A stretch of DNA of 64,000 bases from positions 456,032 to 520,031 of the forward strand of contig CAWJIM010000023.1 in NCBI GenBank assembly GCA_963842945.1. The letters run 5' to 3'. This DNA is from an uncultured Gemmatimonadales bacterium. GTDB lineage: Bacteria; Gemmatimonadota; Gemmatimonadetes; Gemmatimonadales; GWC2-71-9. Shown piece by piece: positions 49,246 to 60,052 of the stretch (position 1 is its first letter; each line of letters opens with the position of its first letter). A model generated the notes under the pieces. It was not told the DNA's origin and searched no databases. It was given only the letters and a program-made list of their open reading frames with translations. The position numbers were made by a program, and so were the translations under genes.

Positions 49246-50709
49246 ATGATCGAGCCACGCACCATAGGTGAACTCAAGAACAGCCGGTGGGCGGAGGCTC
49301 CGCTGCGGGGACGCACCGTCCGGGAAGAAATTCGGAGCAATCTCCTCAAGCGTCTCGAATCGGGAGGGCCTCTCTTCCCCGGAATCGTGGGCTATGAGGA
49401 CACCATCGTTCCCCAGATCATCAACGCTTTGCTGGCCCGGCACCATTTCATCCTGCTGGGGCTCCGAGGCCAGGCCAAAAGCCGCATTCTCCGTGACCTC
49501 ACCAGTCTGCTCGACGAGAGGATTCCCATCATCGCGGGGAGCGAAGTCAACGATGACCCCTTTGCTTCGATTTCCAAGTACGCCCGCGATCTCCTGGAGG
49601 AGTGTGGCGAGGCCACCCCTATCGCCTGGCTCAAACGGGAGCAACGCTATGTCGAGAAGCTCGCCACGCCCGACGTGACCATCGCGGATCTGATTGGAGA
49701 CGTGGACCCGATCAAGGCAGCCCGTGGCGGCCACCTGCTCTCGGATGAGCTGACCATGCACTTCGGCCTTCTGCCCCGAGCCAACCGCGGAATCTTCGCC
49801 ATCAATGAATTGCCCGATCTGAGCGGCAAGGTGCAGGTGGGATTGTTCAACATCATGCAGGAAGGCGATGTCCAGATCAAAGGCTACCCGGTGCGGCTGC
49901 CGCTGGACGTGTTGCTCGCCTTCACCGCCAATCCCGAGGACTATACCGCCCGGGGCAAGATCATCACTCCGCTCAAAGACCGGATCGGATCCGAGGTCAT
50001 CACCCATTACCCGAGAACGGTACCGCTGGGCATGGAGATAACGGCTCAGGAAGCCTGGACCATTCGGGGGGGTAAGCCGCTCGAGATTCCGGACTTCGTT
50101 CTCGAAGTTATCGAGCGGGTAGCCTTCGAGGCCCGGGAAGACAAACGGGTGGACAAGCGCTCCGGCGTCAGCCAGCGGCTCCCGATCAGCACGCTGGAGA
50201 ACGCCATCAGCAACGCCGAGCGAAGAACCGTCGCGCTGGGGGAGGAGAAGGTCGTTCCCCGAGTCAGCGATATCTATGCTGCCGTCCCTTCCATCACCGG
50301 AAAGCTGGAGCTGGAGTACGAGGGCGAGCTTCAGGGGGGCGATATCATCGCCCGTGATCTGATTCGACGCGCCGCGGGCCGGGTGCTGGAGGAGCGAATG
50401 GGTGGGGCCGATCTGGGGAGAATCGTGGCCTGGTTCGACCAGGGAGGCGCCCTGAAGGTTTCCGGCGACCAGCGGTCCGATGTTTGCCTCAAGGGATTCA
50501 GCGTGGTTCCAGGGCTGGTAGAGACCGTGACCGAATTCGGTCTGGCCGGCGCCAAGGACGCCGCCCACCAGGTAGCCGCGTGCGAGCTGGTACTGGAAGG
50601 TTTGGCCTCCCAGAAGCGGATCAGCCGAAGCGAGGAGCTGGGCTACACCCGGGCAAAGCCGGAACGGCGTGAGCCCGGATATGGCAAAGGCGGGATAAGC
50701 TTTGGATAG
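49246..50709 (+). CDS. AAA+ ATPase, Mg-chelatase ChlI-like
   Basis: GLRGQAKS, ADLIGD.DP, ANRGIFAINELPDL, ANPEDY, PLKDR. Confidence 0.85.
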   Translation: MIEPRTIGELKNSRWAEAPLRGRTVREEIRSNLLKRLESGGPLFPGIVGYEDTIVPQIINALLARHHFILLGLRGQAKSRILRDLTSLLDERIPIIAGSEVNDDPFASISKYARDLLEECGEATPIAWLKREQRYVEKLATPDVTIADLIGDVDPIKAARGGHLLSDELTMHFGLLPRANRGIFAINELPDLSGKVQVGLFNIMQEGDVQIKGYPVRLPLDVLLAFTANPEDYTARGKIITPLKDRIGSEVITHYPRTVPLGMEITAQEAWTIRGGKPLEIPDFVLEVIERVAFEAREDKRVDKRSGVSQRLPISTLENAISNAERRTVALGEEKVVPRVSDIYAAVPSITGKLELEYEGELQGGDIIARDLIRRAAGRVLEERMGGADLGRIVAWFDQGGALKVSGDQRSDVCLKGFSVVPGLVETVTEFGLAGAKDAAHQVAACELVLEGLASQKRISRSEELGYTRAKPERREPGYGKGGISFG

Positions 50710-50710
50710 G

Positions 50711-50784
50711 TAAACGGTAAAGGGTAAACGGTGAAGCGGATCACCGCTCACGAACCGTTTACCGTTTACCATAGACCGTTCACG
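50711..50784. repeat. Hairpin element, same 7-mer family as 2239-2300
   Basis: taaacgg-taaaggg-taaacgg-tgaagcg ... accgttt-accgttt-accatag-accgttcacg. Confidence 0.75.
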
Positions 50785-50805
50785 TTCTCCCTTCTCCAGA
50801 AACCG

Positions 50806-52095
50806 ATGCGCTTTACCACCTATTCCAAGTACCACCCCGAGCTGGCCGACACGGTCAACCTGCAGGGTTTGCTCGATCAACTGAGCGACTTCCTGCTGCA
50901 GTCTGGCTTTGCCGGTAACTCCCCCTCCTTCTGGCAGGACGACATGGGAGAGGGCGAGCGATCGCTCGAAGCCCTTCGCCAGGCAATCCTCCAGGCTCTG
51001 ATGGAATCAGGCCAGCTCACGCCGGAGATGCTCAAGGTCCTTCGGGGGGAATCCACCGGCGACGAGGCCCGAGACAAAAAGATCGAGGCCCAGCTGAGCC
51101 AGTTGCTGGATCGCATCGTTCAACGGCTCATGGATGAAGGGTATCTCAACGTGAGTGAGGCCCCGCAGGTGCCCCAGGGTTATCAGTCGATGTTCGGGCC
51201 CGGAGGACAGGCTCATTCGGCCGCCCAACAGGTCCAGTTCAATCTCACCGAAAAAGGCATCGACTTTCTCGGGTACAAGACATTGAAGAACCTGCTGGGC
51301 AGCGTCGGCAAGTCCAGCTTTGGCGCGCACGACACGCCGTACCTCGCCACGGGGGTGGAGGCTGAAGGGGTCAGCAAGAAATACGAATTCGGAGATGTCT
51401 TGAATCTCGACGTGCCGGCCACGCTCACCAATGCGATCGCCCGCGAGGGTCTGGGCGTGCCGCTGAACATCGAGTATGGCGATCTGATGGTGAGTCAGAG
51501 CGAGTATCGCTCCTCGGCGGCCACCGTGCTGATGCTCGACTGCTCCCACTCGATGATTCTGTACGGAGAAGATCGGTTCACCCCGGCCAAGAAGGTCGCC
51601 CTCGCGCTGACGCACCTGATTCGAACGCAATATCCGGGGGACAGTCTGCGCGTCGTGTTGTTCCACGATTCAGCCGCAGAAATTCCTCTGAGCGCGCTGG
51701 CGACGGCTCAGGTTGGCCCCTATCACACCAATACCGCCGAAGGGCTCAAACTGGCTCGCCGGATTCTGCTGGGGCAAAAGAAGGACATGCGGCAGATCAT
51801 CATGATCACCGATGGTAAACCATCGGCGCTTACCATGTCGGATGGCCGGATTTACGTGAACTCCATGGGACTCGATCCCCAGATCCTGCAGGCCACCTAC
51901 CGGGAGGTCGCCAACTGCCGCCGGTCAGGAATCATGATCAACACGTTCATGCTGGCGCGCGACCGCAGCCTGGTGGAGTTCGTGAAGCAGGTCGCCTCCA
52001 TTTGCAAAGGCAAGGCCTACTTCACCAACACCATGACCCTCGGCCAATTCATCCTGATGGACTTCATGAAGCGTAAGACCCGGCGTGTCTCCTGA
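50806..52095 (+). CDS. VWA domain protein, partner of the AAA+ ATPase
   Basis: MIDAS DCSHS, TN...GL, ITDGKP. Confidence 0.85.
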   Translation: MRFTTYSKYHPELADTVNLQGLLDQLSDFLLQSGFAGNSPSFWQDDMGEGERSLEALRQAILQALMESGQLTPEMLKVLRGESTGDEARDKKIEAQLSQLLDRIVQRLMDEGYLNVSEAPQVPQGYQSMFGPGGQAHSAAQQVQFNLTEKGIDFLGYKTLKNLLGSVGKSSFGAHDTPYLATGVEAEGVSKKYEFGDVLNLDVPATLTNAIAREGLGVPLNIEYGDLMVSQSEYRSSAATVLMLDCSHSMILYGEDRFTPAKKVALALTHLIRTQYPGDSLRVVLFHDSAAEIPLSALATAQVGPYHTNTAEGLKLARRILLGQKKDMRQIIMITDGKPSALTMSDGRIYVNSMGLDPQILQATYREVANCRRSGIMINTFMLARDRSLVEFVKQVASICKGKAYFTNTMTLGQFILMDFMKRKTRRVS

Positions 52096-52609
52096 GCCAA
52101 CGCCCGGCCGGGGATTTTCTGGCAGCTTCGGTCGCGCTACCCTCCTCGCTTGGATCCTGCTGCCCTTCCATCTCGCCGCCTGCGGCCCGCGGGGAGGAGG
52201 GGCCCAGAACCCTGGCAGTCCCGCACCGGTCTCCGACCCTGCTGCACAGCCGGGCACAGTCAACCCTGCTCCGGTCGACCCCGCGACCGAGGGCACCGGC
52301 GGATTACCCGAAGGCAACGCAGTGCCAGTGCGCCCGGATCAGGCGCCGCTGGTCCGGATCGACGAGGCACTGACGGCCGATAGCCTGCTGGGACGACGGG
52401 TTCGGGTATTGGGCCGGTGCACGGCGGCCGGAGCTGGCCACCGGGCAGGCTCTTGGACTCTGGAAGAGGATGGGTCAGCGATCGAGGTGCGCGGCCTGGT
52501 GCCCTATTCCTGCGGCCCAACCAGCACGGCAAGTCTTACAATCTTCGCTCAAATCGAACCAAAGACTGCCGGGAGCAAGGATCGATTGCTGTTGCGGCTC
52601 CCGGATTGA
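52085..52609 (+). CDS. Hypothetical lipoprotein
   Basis: LAAC lipobox, Pro/Ala linker, small C-terminal beta domain; start uncertain. Confidence 0.55.
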   Translation: MSPEPTPGRGFSGSFGRATLLAWILLPFHLAACGPRGGGAQNPGSPAPVSDPAAQPGTVNPAPVDPATEGTGGLPEGNAVPVRPDQAPLVRIDEALTADSLLGRRVRVLGRCTAAGAGHRAGSWTLEEDGSAIEVRGLVPYSCGPTSTASLTIFAQIEPKTAGSKDRLLLRLPD

Positions 52610-52624
52610 GTTTCTGCCGCTCGA

Positions 52625-54103
52625 TCAGGACGCCGGCTTGACTCCCCCTACTACCCGTTTCACCGTTCGCCCTGCCTGAAGCGCCGTCGATGGATCTTCT
52701 ACCTCGTTGATGATCGCCAGCTCCTGAACCGGGATGGATGAAGGGTACTGGCTGTTGAATTGTTCCAGCGACATGGAGCGGTTGAGCTTGACCAGTTCAA
52801 TCCGAGCCGGGCTGACGTTGAGCTTGGATTGATCCTTCAGCTCGCTGAAGCTGCGGATGGCCCCCTGAAAGACCTGATCGTAGGTGCCCATCTTCCCGGC
52901 GGGCGTATAGCCCATGAGTCCGAAGGTACTCCCACCGTAAGAGATGAACGAGACGATCCCCTGAATGGTCCCCTGCTCGGTTTGCGCCTGGAAGTAGCTC
53001 GAGGCAGCCGGGAGGCCATTGATGCTCGAGGTGGATGACTGCCCCGCCTGTACACCTTGCTGCGACAGGAACTGCTGGGCGGCCTGCTGCGGCGAGCCCT
53101 TCCCCGCGAGCGCGAGCTGAATGATGGCATCCTGGTTTGGACTCATCGATGCCACCGCCGATGGGGTGTTCTGTACCTGCCATCCATTGGGGAAGCTCAT
53201 CTGGAACCGCATCTGCGGGTGATAGAAGTGCGTCCCCTCGAAGTAGCCCTGCCGGGGGTCCAGCCCGTAGGTCATGCCCTGCACGTGTTGGATATACCCC
53301 TCCCGGTTGACGATCCCTTTTGTGGGGTCTCGGTGAAGGGTATCGAGCATGTTCTCGATATGCTGGATCCGGTTTTCGGGCGCCGGGTGCGTGGACAGCC
53401 ACTCGGGGAGCTTGCCGCTTCCACTGGTCTGGCTGATCCGATCAAGCGTCTCGAAGACCTTAGTCATCTCCCGCACATCGTAGTCTTCATTCAGTGCATA
53501 CCGAAAGCCGGCCTGGTCGGCCTGGTTCTCCGCGTCCCGGCCGTACTTCAGGAACAGAACGCTGAGTCCGGCACTCGCCAGCTGACCGAAGCGGGCAATG
53601 TCGGAAGACAGAATGCTGCCGACGCCGAGACCCAACTGGGCCAGCTGCTGCTTGCTGATCTGCTGCACCGAATGCCGGTTGGTTACGTGGCCGATCTCGT
53701 GGCCGACGACCGTGGCCAGTTCGGCCTCGTCATTGATGGATGCCAGCAGCCCACGAGTAACGTAGATGAAGCCTCCGGGCAGGGCGAACGCGTTGACCGA
53801 AGCATCGTCCACCACATGAAACTCCCAGGGCAGGTTGGGCCGCTCGGACGCCGCAGCCATTCGTTTACCTATGCCCGCCACATAGGCTTCCACTTTGGGA
53901 TCGTTGTAGAGGCCGATCGTTCGAGCGACGTCCTGAGAGGCCTGCTTGCCCATCTCGATTTCCTGGGATTCAGAGATCAGCGCGAGCTCGCTCTTCCCGG
54001 TGACGGGATTGCGGGCACAGCTGAGGAGTCCGGCAGCCAGGCAGGAGCCGAGGAAGAGCGAGCGCCAGCGAGGCAGCGAGCCAAAAGCGAAGCGAGCAGT
54101 CAT
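52625..54103 (-). CDS. M48 family metalloprotease lipoprotein (BepA/YfgC-like)
   Basis: LLSC-ARNPVTG, NAFALPGG, HEIGH, E..AD, STHP. Confidence 0.92.
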   Translation of the reverse strand: MTARFAFGSLPRWRSLFLGSCLAAGLLSCARNPVTGKSELALISESQEIEMGKQASQDVARTIGLYNDPKVEAYVAGIGKRMAAASERPNLPWEFHVVDDASVNAFALPGGFIYVTRGLLASINDEAELATVVGHEIGHVTNRHSVQQISKQQLAQLGLGVGSILSSDIARFGQLASAGLSVLFLKYGRDAENQADQAGFRYALNEDYDVREMTKVFETLDRISQTSGSGKLPEWLSTHPAPENRIQHIENMLDTLHRDPTKGIVNREGYIQHVQGMTYGLDPRQGYFEGTHFYHPQMRFQMSFPNGWQVQNTPSAVASMSPNQDAIIQLALAGKGSPQQAAQQFLSQQGVQAGQSSTSSINGLPAASSYFQAQTEQGTIQGIVSFISYGGSTFGLMGYTPAGKMGTYDQVFQGAIRSFSELKDQSKLNVSPARIELVKLNRSMSLEQFNSQYPSSIPVQELAIINEVEDPSTALQAGRTVKRVVGGVKPAS

Positions 54104-54252
54104 AGGTCGTTCCTGGGTTCTCGTTGTATCGCCGGATCTCATGATGAGCACCCGGCTTACGCGCCGGGCCGGAGTTCACCATAAGCCGCTCCGCCGACCC
54201 GGGCTGTGATCCGCGTCCCCCTAATGCAAGACGCGGACCCGGCCCGTGGCAC

Positions 54253-54846
54253 TCAGGGGACCGTCATGCCAGCAGTAGGCACCGCCATAAACCGCCCCGC
54301 GATCAGCCCGATGACCATGAACAGCACGATCGCCGCGAGAATGACCACTGCCGTGTACGCCACGGCCTTCTCCCGGGGAGCCTTCATCACAATAGGAAGG
54401 CCCAAGTAGAGCAGGTACAGGCTGTACAAGCCGAGAATGGAGAGCAGACGGAGGCCCGGAATCAGATGGAATATTCCGGCGATCCAGCTAGCGGTAGCGG
54501 AGTAAGCGGCGACCTTCAGAGCCTGGATCTGACTGCGCTGCCCATTGAAGGTGGGAGCCAGGGCATCGATGATGAGAGCCAGGACGTACGTGGCCCCCAG
54601 TGAGAGGACGTAGGAAACCAGCGCGCTGGTAATGGCCGTGCCGATAGGCACCCGATACGTGCCCACGAAGGGCACCGAAATGCCGAACACGGAATACCCG
54701 ATGAGCTGCGCGATAGGCCCGATCGCGGCAAGCGGAACGATGTAGCCGGTGTACAATTGCGCCGGAGTGGTGGCCTCCGCGTCGATGACCTGCCACTCGG
54801 CTCGGGGGGACATCAGGATACGCTTGACGCGATCGATGAGGTTCAT
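54253..54846 (-). CDS. Yip1 family membrane protein
   Basis: IL.SP..EW..I, IDALAPTF, AYSAT, LYSLYLLYLGLP; alternative start 54858. Confidence 0.85.
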   Translation of the reverse strand: MNLIDRVKRILMSPRAEWQVIDAEATTPAQLYTGYIVPLAAIGPIAQLIGYSVFGISVPFVGTYRVPIGTAITSALVSYVLSLGATYVLALIIDALAPTFNGQRSQIQALKVAAYSATASWIAGIFHLIPGLRLLSILGLYSLYLLYLGLPIVMKAPREKAVAYTAVVILAAIVLFMVIGLIAGRFMAVPTAGMTVP

Positions 54847-55043
54847 CACGCTCTCCATGGTGGGTCAATAAGGCGGAAGGAAAACGACGTGATATGATGT
54901 GGCGGGAATCGAGGCCCGTCCAGAGCGGCGACGTGATAGGGATCACACCCACAGGGCGGTGCCATGGTTCGCGCCCGGCCGCACCTCGTCGTACCTTGAG
55001 CCATCCAGCTGAAGCTCCGCTCAGTATCCAACCAGGAGCAACC

Positions 55044-55667
55044 ATGTACCCACGTACCGTATTCCTGTTCGTCTGGCTTGCGGCCGCATGCGGCGGCGGG
55101 AGGATGCGAGTAGCACAAGGGGAACCGGAAAACGACACTGCGGTCGCGCTCGCCCCGGAGCAGGAAGCCGCTCCCGATTCGAGTCTCAACTCGCCTCCTT
55201 CACCCTCGCCACAACCCCCCGTTCAGGACACCACCCCGGCCCAACAGGGCTACGCGCCCTATAACGCCAGCGGCAACTCCGCCAGTCTGGAGATTCGGCG
55301 CATTGGAGAGTGGAGTCACACGGGAATCAGGGAAGCAAGGCGGATGGTGATTCAGGACGCCAACGCTTGGGCAGAGTTCTGGTCCGAGCTGGGTGTGGGC
55401 GACCGCCCGGCCGTGGACTTCACCCGGGACATCGTAATTGCGGTAGCAGCCGGGGAGCGTCCCAGCGGGGGGCACGAGATCGCCGTGAGCCGGGTAACCC
55501 AGGCCAACGGCGAGCTCCGGGTGGAAGTCCGCGAAACCGCCCCCGGGCCCAATTGCCTCTCGACCTCGAATCTGACGCAACCAGTGGACGTTATTGTGGT
55601 GCAAGGAGTTAAGCCCAAATCCTGGAGCTTCGTGGAGCAGAAGGACGTGCGCAGCTGCAGCCCCTGA
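55044..55667 (+). CDS. PrcB C-terminal-domain lipoprotein
   Basis: RBS aggag, AAAC lipobox, VDF...GERPSGGHEI, C....LTQP. Confidence 0.75.
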   Translation: MYPRTVFLFVWLAAACGGGRMRVAQGEPENDTAVALAPEQEAAPDSSLNSPPSPSPQPPVQDTTPAQQGYAPYNASGNSASLEIRRIGEWSHTGIREARRMVIQDANAWAEFWSELGVGDRPAVDFTRDIVIAVAAGERPSGGHEIAVSRVTQANGELRVEVRETAPGPNCLSTSNLTQPVDVIVVQGVKPKSWSFVEQKDVRSCSP

Positions 55668-55906
55668 CAGGTAACCAGCCCTATCTGGCGGCAGGTCCTA
55701 CACATGCGAGTTCGCATCTCTTCCCGGCAACGCCGGAGCCGATCCGTGGGCCCGGCTTAAGGCGGGTAAGCCATTGATTGGACTAAACTTACGTTGGACT
55801 TGACTTGCCTATAAGGAGGGTCGTTATTCACCGACAGGACCCAACTCTGGTGGTCCACTGAACGCTTGTCCGGCTGCATCCAGCGGTCGGAGACTGACAG
55901 TATTGG

Positions 55907-58036
55907 ATGTCGAACCCTCATCGTACTCTGGCACCAGCACTGGCTCCTGCCGGCCGTCCCCTGCACTACTCCGATGTCGATGTTGTCGCTCCTCACGGCC
56001 CCGTGGCCGCTCCCGTCGCGCCGATCATGCCGCGCCACGACATCGCCCATGGCGAGACCCGGATCGATAACTACCACTGGCTGCGCAATCGCGATAATCC
56101 GGACGTCCTGGCCTACCTCGAGGCCGAAAACCGGCATACCGCGGCGGTCATGCGGCATACCGAGGTCTTGCAGGACCGGCTCTTCCAGGAGATGCGCGGC
56201 CGCATCAAAGAGGCGGACCTCTCGGTTCCCGAACGGCTGGATCACTACCTGTACTACAGCCGGACTGAGGCGGGAGGTCAGTATCCCATCTTCTGCCGGA
56301 AGCCGGTGAGCCAGGACGGGCCCGAAGAAGTCCTGCTGGATCAGAATCCCCTGGCAGAAGGCCTCGGCTACTTCCGAATCGGGATGATGCAGGTGAGCCC
56401 CGATCACCGGTTGCTGGCGTATTCGGTCGATACCAGCGGTGCCGAAGAGTTCACAATCTTCGTCAAGGACCTCACTACCGGTGAGCACCTCGGCGAACGG
56501 CTTCACCGAACCTCTCACCGTCTTGCCTGGGCGAACGACAGCCGAACCATCTTCTACGCTGTGCTCGATGCTGCCCGCCGTCCCTGGCAGCTCTACCGGC
56601 ATCACCTCGGCGCCTCGCAGCATGACGATGACCTAGTTTATTGTGAGCGCGACGCCTCGTTCTATCTCGATATCAGCCGCACTCGCAGCGGGCGATATCT
56701 GCTGCTGGACCTCTCGAGCCACTCCAGCTCGGAGGTCTGGTTTGCCAGCGCGGATAATCCGCGGGAACCCTTCAGGCTGATTCAAGCTCGTGAGTGCGGA
56801 AAGGAATACTCGGTCACTCACCACGGTGATCGTTTCTTCATTACCACCAATCATGCTGGACAGAATTTTGGGCTGGTGGAAGCTCCGGTAGAGCACCCGT
56901 CACGCGAACACTGGTCTCCAGTGCTGCCCTACCGGCCGGAGGTCAAGGTGGACTCTACCGATGCCTTCCGGGATCACCTGGTCGTCCATGAGCGGGAGAG
57001 CGGACTGACTCGCATTCGGGTGCTGGATCTCACCCTGGGGTCAGAACACGTAATCCCGTTTCCAGAGCCGGTTTATACGGTAAGGCCGCACGCCAATCCG
57101 GAGTTCGACACTCCCCTCTTCCGTTTCACCTACAGCTCCCTGATCACCCCGAGCTGCGTAGTCGATTACGACCTGGTCCAGCACACCTGGACGGTTCGCA
57201 AACAGACCGAGGTGCGCGGGTACGATTCGAGCCTCTATCGAAGCGAGCGCCTGTACGCCAGGGCCCCGGACGGAGTCGAGATCCCGATCTCGTTGGTGTA
57301 TCGGGTTCCGCTGGAACTGGGCGGCACGAGACCGCTATTGCTGAACGGGTATGGAGCCTATGGTCTGAGCTACGACCCGATGTTCTCGTCCAATACCCTG
57401 AGCCTGCTGGACCGGGGGTTCGTGGTAGCCATCGCGCATGTGCGGGGAGGTGAAGAGCTGGGCCGCCAGTGGTACGAGGCCGGACGACGGCTCAGCAAAC
57501 GGAGCAGCTTCACCGATTTTATTGCCGTGGCGGAGCACCTCGTAGCCGAAGGGTACACGAACTCTCGGCGAATGGTGATCAACGGTGGCAGCGCGGGCGG
57601 TCTCCTCATCGGTGCGGTCACCAATCTGAGACCCGACCTGTTTCAGGCCGTGGTGGCCGAAGTGCCCTTCGTGGACGTGGTGAACACCATGATGGACGCC
57701 TCTCTGCCACTCACCGTGATCGAATACGATGAATGGGGAAATCCCCAGGATCCTGAAGCCTATGCCTACATCCGGTCGTACTCACCGTACGACAATGTCA
57801 CGGCAAAGGACTATCCTCACATGCTGGTTACGGCCGGTCTGAATGACCCGCGGGTGGCGTACTGGGAGCCGGCCAAGTGGACTGCCAAGCTCCGGGCGAC
57901 CAAGACTGACCAGAACCGGCTGCTGCTTCAGGTGAACATGGGAGCCGGGCACGGAGGCGCCTCCGGCCGCTACGATCTCCTGCGGGAGATTGCGTTCAAG
58001 TATGCCTTTATACTGGACGTGCTCGGGATGGAATAG
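55907..58036 (+). CDS. ptrB: Oligopeptidase B (S9A)
   Basis: DNYHWLR, GYGAYG, GGSAGG, VPFVD, EWGNP, DPRV.YWEPAKW, GHGG. Confidence 0.93.
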   Translation: MSNPHRTLAPALAPAGRPLHYSDVDVVAPHGPVAAPVAPIMPRHDIAHGETRIDNYHWLRNRDNPDVLAYLEAENRHTAAVMRHTEVLQDRLFQEMRGRIKEADLSVPERLDHYLYYSRTEAGGQYPIFCRKPVSQDGPEEVLLDQNPLAEGLGYFRIGMMQVSPDHRLLAYSVDTSGAEEFTIFVKDLTTGEHLGERLHRTSHRLAWANDSRTIFYAVLDAARRPWQLYRHHLGASQHDDDLVYCERDASFYLDISRTRSGRYLLLDLSSHSSSEVWFASADNPREPFRLIQARECGKEYSVTHHGDRFFITTNHAGQNFGLVEAPVEHPSREHWSPVLPYRPEVKVDSTDAFRDHLVVHERESGLTRIRVLDLTLGSEHVIPFPEPVYTVRPHANPEFDTPLFRFTYSSLITPSCVVDYDLVQHTWTVRKQTEVRGYDSSLYRSERLYARAPDGVEIPISLVYRVPLELGGTRPLLLNGYGAYGLSYDPMFSSNTLSLLDRGFVVAIAHVRGGEELGRQWYEAGRRLSKRSSFTDFIAVAEHLVAEGYTNSRRMVINGGSAGGLLIGAVTNLRPDLFQAVVAEVPFVDVVNTMMDASLPLTVIEYDEWGNPQDPEAYAYIRSYSPYDNVTAKDYPHMLVTAGLNDPRVAYWEPAKWTAKLRATKTDQNRLLLQVNMGAGHGGASGRYDLLREIAFKYAFILDVLGME

Positions 58037-58040
58037 CGGC

Positions 58041-58427
58041 TTACCAGAACGGCGAACGGGCCCAGCGCTTGGCTAGAAGAGCATCGAGTCCGAAGGTTCG
58101 ACCGGCTGCTCCGATGATCAAGGCCAGTGCAACGCAGTCCCAAGCCAGCTCCGGCTGCGATATTATCCCCAACTGCAAGCCTGTCGTGAAAAGCGGCTGG
58201 GCTTCAATCAGAAGCGCGCCGGCGGCCGATAATCGGGTCAGCAGTCCCAGAATCAGAGTACTTCCCATCAACAACTTCGCCCACGGGAGCAGAGCGAGAC
58301 CGCCTGCCTCATATTGTTGAGTCCCGAGCCAGCCCTGCAGCACAAGAACTCCCCCCAGGCAAATCCGAAGGAAGGTGAGTGCCGCGCTAGCCAGGAAGCC
58401 CTGGAGAATGATGCCGGGGAGGCGCAT
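58041..58427 (-). CDS. DoxX-family small membrane protein
   Basis: LRI..G, LILGLLTR, GAAGRTFGLD. Confidence 0.65.
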   Translation of the reverse strand: MRLPGIILQGFLASAALTFLRICLGGVLVLQGWLGTQQYEAGGLALLPWAKLLMGSTLILGLLTRLSAAGALLIEAQPLFTTGLQLGIISQPELAWDCVALALIIGAAGRTFGLDALLAKRWARSPFW

Positions 58428-58506
58428 GGCGGGAGAAAGTTACGCAGGTCACGGCGCCCCTGGCGAGACACCCCAGATTGGAGGCGTCCATAACCCTGGA
58501 GGACAG

Positions 58507-58953
58507 GTGAAAGTACGGGATATCATGACTCCCGATCCCGCATGCTGCACGCGGGAGAGCACCGCGCGTGAAGCGGCGACCCTGATGCGCGAGCACGATT
58601 GTGGTTCGATCCCGGTGGTTCAGAACGAGCAGAACAGGAACCTGGTGGGTACCGTCACCGATCGGGACCTGGCTATTCGCGGACTGGCGGAAGGAAAGGG
58701 TCCCGAGGTCCGGGTGGGCGAGCTGATGACGCCTTCACCGGTGACCTGCGGCCCGGACGACGAAGTCGAGACCGTCCGCGAGGTGATGGTGGCCAGTCTG
58801 GTACGGCGGGTGCCGGTGGTGAACGAGGACGGAGCACTCGTCGGCATCGTCGCCCAAGCCGACATCGCCCGGGAGGAGGGAGCGGCGAGCGACCAGGAGG
58901 TGGGCCGCATTGTCGAGGCCATCTCCGACCCTCGAGGAGACCTGGAGCAGTAG
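58507..58953 (+). CDS. CBS domain pair protein
   Basis: VRDIMT, GSIPVV, GTVTDRDL, RRVPVV, GIVAQADI; RBS ggagg. Confidence 0.92.
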   Translation: MKVRDIMTPDPACCTRESTAREAATLMREHDCGSIPVVQNEQNRNLVGTVTDRDLAIRGLAEGKGPEVRVGELMTPSPVTCGPDDEVETVREVMVASLVRRVPVVNEDGALVGIVAQADIAREEGAASDQEVGRIVEAISDPRGDLEQ

Positions 58954-58964
58954 ATCGAGAGCGC

Positions 58965-59955
<991 letters not shown>

Positions 59956-60052
59956 CGGTGACCTCCGTGTACGGCTCTAGACTCTGGACTCCAGTCCTCT
60001 AGACTCTACTGTTGTTGAAATAGTCGACCCGCGCGCCCCGAGGCAACCAATC

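Noticed and set aside
43044..50880. Long antisense ORFs such as 43044..44660 and 49180..50880 (also 34423..35796, 30130..31467, 14444..15622)
   Set aside because: They mirror well-supported genes on the opposite strand and have no motifs; this is expected shadow-ORF behaviour in GC-rich DNA.
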